A DNA stretch of 26,094 bases from Octopus sinensis (taxonomy: Eukaryota): contig NW_021835611.1 of assembly GCF_006345805.1 (NCBI RefSeq), positions 1 through 26,094 of the forward strand, written 5' to 3'. Below are positions 22,141 through 26,094 of the stretch, one piece after another. How positions within the stretch are numbered: the first letter of the stretch is position 1; every line of letters starts with the position of its first letter. The position numbers were made by a program, and so were the translations under genes. Under the pieces are notes generated by a model. The model saw only the letters and a list, made by a program, of their open reading frames with translations, did not search any database and was not told where the DNA came from.

Positions 22141-22487
22141 TGAAGGCGCATGGCTCAGTGGTTAGAGCGTCGAGCTTACGATCGTGAGGTTGTGAGCTCG
22201 AATCCCGGATCGGGCTGCGTGTTGTGTTCTTGAGCAAAACACTTTATTTCACGTTGCTCCAGTTCACTCAGCTGTAGAAATGAGTTGCGACGTCACAGGT
22301 GCCAAGCTGTATCGACCTTTGTCTTTCCCTTGGATAACACTGGTGCCGTGGAGAGGGGAGGCTGGTATGCATGGGCGACTGCTGGCCTTCCATAAACAAC
22401 CTTGCCCGGACTTGTGTCTAGGAGGGTAACTTTCTAGGTGCAATCCCATGGTCATTCATGACCGAAGGGGATCTTTACCCTTTTTTT
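22141..22487 (+). mobile_element. Apparently full-length tRNA-derived SINE
   Basis: A box TGGCTCAGTGG (22151-22161), B box GAGCTCGAATCC (22194-22205), CORE/V-like GTGTTCTTGAGCAAAACACTTTA, and a LINE-like tail ending ATCCCATGGTC...GACCGAAGGGGATCTTTACC plus a T-run. Confidence 0.9.
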
Positions 22488-22514
22488 ATATATATATACA
22501 TATATATACATACA

Positions 22515-22552
<38 letters not shown>

Positions 22553-23070
22553 CATGCATATATATACATATACATACATATATATACATATACATACATA
22601 TATATACATATATATATACATACAAATATATATACATACATACATATATATTATACATACAAATATATATACATACATACATATATATAATACATACATA
22701 TATAATATACATATATATATATATACACATATATATTATATATATATACATTACATATATATAACTATATATATATATATAATAACATACATATATATAT
22801 ACATATATATATATACATACATCATATATTATATTATACATACATATATATACTACATACATATATATATACATACATAATACATACATACATATATATA
22901 TACATACATACATATATATATAATACATACATATATATATATACATACTATATATATACATAACATATATATATACTATACATAATATATATATATACAT
23001 ACATACATATATATATACATACATACATATATATATACATACATACATATATATATACATACATACATAT
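22488..23070. repeat. ~580-bp compound (TA)n/(TACA)n microsatellite
   Basis: Direct reading. Confidence 0.97.
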
Positions 23071-26000
23071 ATAACTTAGAATAACTTAGAAAGGTTTTGG
23101 CCAGTATTGGCCCAGGCCATGTCTAACTTAATAGCACCACCTGGTGAAGTCTTTCAGTTCAGGATTTGGGCACCAAGGCCCATTCGAGCAGAGAGTTATT
23201 GTTTGCGGAGACATATCCGGGTGTGGGTGGTTTGTCCGGTACTGTTTGAAGGAATTTGTCCAAAGACTTCTTGAATTTTGTGTGGTCAGTTTCTTTTTTG
23301 ATGTGCCCTGGTGTAATGTTGAAGAGAGCAGGTCCAATTGAGGTGAAATAGTTGTGCCGTATTGTCGTTATGTGATGCGATTTAGATTTTTGTTGTGGAC
23401 GGATGGCACGTGGTCCAAGCCTTGGATGCATTTTGAAGGTGATGCCAACATCATTTGGACAGTGCTGGTGGAATATTTTCCACATCATACAGATAATGTA
23501 GCGTTCACGGCGTCGTTGGAGTGAATACAATTTCAGCTTCTCTAGTCTACCCCAGTAGTCAAGGTCTGACATGCCATCTATCTTTTTTGTGATTGACCTT
23601 TGGGGAGCTTCAATTCTCATAATATTTTGTTTTGTGTAGGGAGACCACAGTGGACAGCAGTATTCAAGGTGGGGTCGGGCAAAAGTGGAGAAGAGAAGGA
23701 TAATAGCGTGGGAATCTCTCGACTGGAAGGTTCTGAGAATCCAGGAACACATTCTGCGGGCCATGTCAACTTTGCTGCTTATATGTGTAGCCCAGCTTAT
23801 GTTGTTGTCCACTGTTACTCCCGGTCTCTGATGTTGTTGGATGCCATGAGAATTTCTCCAGAAGGAAGAGAGTATGGGAGTTTCAGAGCGTCCTCCCTTC
23901 CAAAGTGGATCAGTTCAAATTTGTCTTCATTTAGCAACATGTTATTCTTTTCCGCCCATTGGACAACAGCCAGTAGGTCTGACTGAAGGTTTTCGGTCAT
24001 CCACGCCATTGATGACCTTCTGGAGCTTGGAATCATCAGCGAAGGTTCTGATGTTACTGTGTTTGATGGTATCAGTAATATCATTTATGTAGATGATGAA
24101 GAGAAGTGGGCCCAACACAGTGCCTTGTGGGACACCACTGCTGACTTTGGCTGGGCTGGATTTGACTCCTTCGACTACAACATGTTGGGTTCTGTTAGAC
24201 AGGAAGCACTTGATCCACTGCAGCAGCTTTCCAGTGACACCAATATTGGACAGCTTTCTCAGAAGGATCTTATGATCACCCTGTCAAAGGCCTTGCTGAA
24301 ATCAAGGTAGATGACATCAGTGTTGGAACCTTCTCCCAAGGCTCTCAAAATGTCATCAAAATGATGCAGTAGCTGCGTCAGGCAATCTCTCCCATTACGG
24401 AATCCATGCTGGTTGGGGTTCAGCATATTATGACTCTCAAGGAAGTGAGTCATACGCGATCTCAGCACCCTCTCAAATACCTTGATGATATGAGAGGTGA
24501 GTGATTTGGACGGTAATTCACGGCAAGCGATTTGTTTCCTTTTTTGAAAACTGGGACAACAGACTGGGATAGAAGGTCCTCTGGTATATATCCAGCATCC
24601 AGTGAGTTCCGCCACAGATTGGCTAGAGGGGGTGCAAGTTGGTTTTGACACATCTTCAAGACACAAGCAGGGAACCTATCGGGACCTACTGCTGAATTAT
24701 GCTTCATTTCCTTTATTGCTGCTAAGACATCAGGAGCGCCAAATGTTATGTCCGATAAAGTGTATTGGGGAGTAACATCACTGATACAGCCCAGATCAGT
24801 CATATCAGGATTGCTGAAAACAGAGCAATATTGTTTCTGCAATATCTCTCCCATGGTTTTGGCATTGTCTTGAAGAGTACCATTTTCATCAATCAGAGGG
24901 CCAACAGTAGAACCAGTGACTCTGTTTTTTTTGCAAATGAAAAGAACACTTTGGGATTGAGTTTGATCTTCTCAATGGCCCAGGCCTCTTCAGCTCTTCG
25001 CTGACTATTGATGATAGACATCATGTTGTTTTGGAGTTTATGTTTTTTAATCTCTAGCGACGAGATGGCAGTCAGGTTGGTGTGTTGCTGTTGACAGTAT
25101 TTCAGCATGTTGATCTTTTTGTTGATTCTTTTAATTTTCCTTATGAGAGATTTTCTATTTCTAGGGATTCGACACTTAGATTTGTTTGCAGATCTTAATG
25201 GGGTGTGTCTTGCCATATGTTCGTGATGATGTCTACAAGTGACTGCCAGGACTTTTTAATGTTAGTGGGTGTGTATGTGTGCGTGAAGGACCAATCGACT
25301 TGTGCAAGATCATTATTGATCGCTTCCCAGTTTGCATTGTGGAAATCCATAGTGTCAAATGGATGAACAGGAGGGATGACATTTGTTTTGCATTTTGGCC
25401 AGTGAAATCTCAGATCACAGAGAACCATGTCATGGTCGAGAGTAGGGTTTTCTCCACTGCAATATTGTGGATAGTATCAGTGTGATTGCTGAAAATTAAG
25501 TCTAAGACGTTTTTGTGACATCTCGTTGGTTCGAGTACCAGTTGGGACAAGAAGAAGTCATCCATGAAGTCAAGAAGCGATTCCACTGCCTCCCTGTCAG
25601 GGTTGAGAGAGAAGAACCTGGCGGCAGACTGTTTGTAGACCAGTCACCCCGGGAAGGTTGAAGTCTCCCATCATTAAAATGTTGTCAGGTTGACACTGCT
25701 GAATGAAACACTTTATGCTGTTGAGGCATTCCTTGAAGCATGGTAGGGGCGTTTGGGGTGGTCTGTAGAGCCCAACTACTGTTAAGTTGTTGTGTTTGAC
25801 TGAATTACAGCGACTGCTTCGCAGTATCCATTCGAAAATATGTTCATGCTTCTGTTGAGAATGAATCATGGACATAAATGCATCCCACCCTTTCTTCTGC
25901 CAGCACGATCAGCACGAATGGTTTTGAAATTTTAAACTTCACCTCGGCTTCCAAGTGGAGGTCACTAAAATGGGTTTCAGTGAGGACGAAGAAAGGGATT

Positions 26001-26083
26001 GGTTTGGATGGGCCAACCCATTCCTCAGGGAGGAATCTTATCTTCCATTTTTGTGTATTGGTGGAAGGGCTGATGCCTTGGGC
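23071..26083 (-). mobile_element. CR1-group LINE: near-complete but inactivated ORF2 (APE endonuclease, RT, C-terminus) with 3' tandem tail
   Basis: APE motifs LTETH, RADR..RK.GG..IYV, VVGLYRPP, GDFNLP, SDH. RT motifs NYRP, QHGFR, YLDFSKAFD, SGVPQGTVLGPLLF, FADD (24043-24032). C-terminus RPHLEYCCPLWSP...YWGRLEKLKLYSLQRRRERY. Several frameshifts. 3' tail (TCTAAGTTAT)x2 at 23090-23071. Confidence 0.95.
23159..23812 (-). pseudogene. Longest uninterrupted piece (217 aa) of the CR1-group ORF2, post-RT C-terminal region
   Basis: ORF track translation; part of a frameshifted LINE ORF, not a host gene. Confidence 0.85.
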
Positions 26084-26094
26084 ATATATATATA

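Noticed and set aside
22145-22216. tRNA-like sequence with A and B boxes and a Val-like anticodon loop
   Set aside because: The acceptor and anticodon stems are imperfect and it continues straight into a SINE body, so it is a SINE head and not a tRNA gene.
21538-23060. Many long ORFs (up to 202 aa) rich in Y/I/H/T/M/C/V
   Set aside because: They are translations of TA/TACA/CA microsatellites, which lack stops in some frames. The same applies to the ORFs at 102-290, 2053-2498, 3951-4382, 13283-14095 and 14431-14867.
23600-25485. Plus-strand ORFs 23600-23986, 24059-24310 and 25279-25485
   Set aside because: Antisense shadows of the minus-strand CR1 ORF2.
1-26094. Prokaryotic systems (CRISPR arrays, operons, defence or retron loci)
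   Set aside because: No regularly spaced direct repeats with unique spacers and no operon-like ORF density. The RT motifs present belong to eukaryotic LINE and Penelope elements.

Overview
This is eukaryotic, AT-rich, repeat-dense DNA, not a prokaryotic locus. The SINE families, LINE types and microsatellite style resemble Octopus (coleoid cephalopod) genomic DNA; that assignment is from recall, not a database search. I found no intact protein-coding gene, rRNA, true tRNA or CRISPR array. Most entries in the ORF track are microsatellite artefacts or antisense shadows of transposons. The window holds decayed mobile elements separated by (TA)n, (TAGA)n and triplet microsatellites: two CR1-group LINE copies (one ~3 kb with APE and RT, minus strand), five fragments of R4/Dong-like LINEs with a restriction-like endonuclease (RLE), Penelope-like element (PLE) remnants, two Tc1/mariner remnants and several tRNA-type SINEs. 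The most notable structure is the 17.1-20.9 kb block, where two outward-facing arrays of R4/Dong-like fragments, each fragment preceded by a triplet microsatellite, flank PLE remnants. There are also two decayed hammerhead-ribozyme-like motifs and a speculative spliced host-gene start near 21.1-21.4 kb. All alignments and translations were done by eye.
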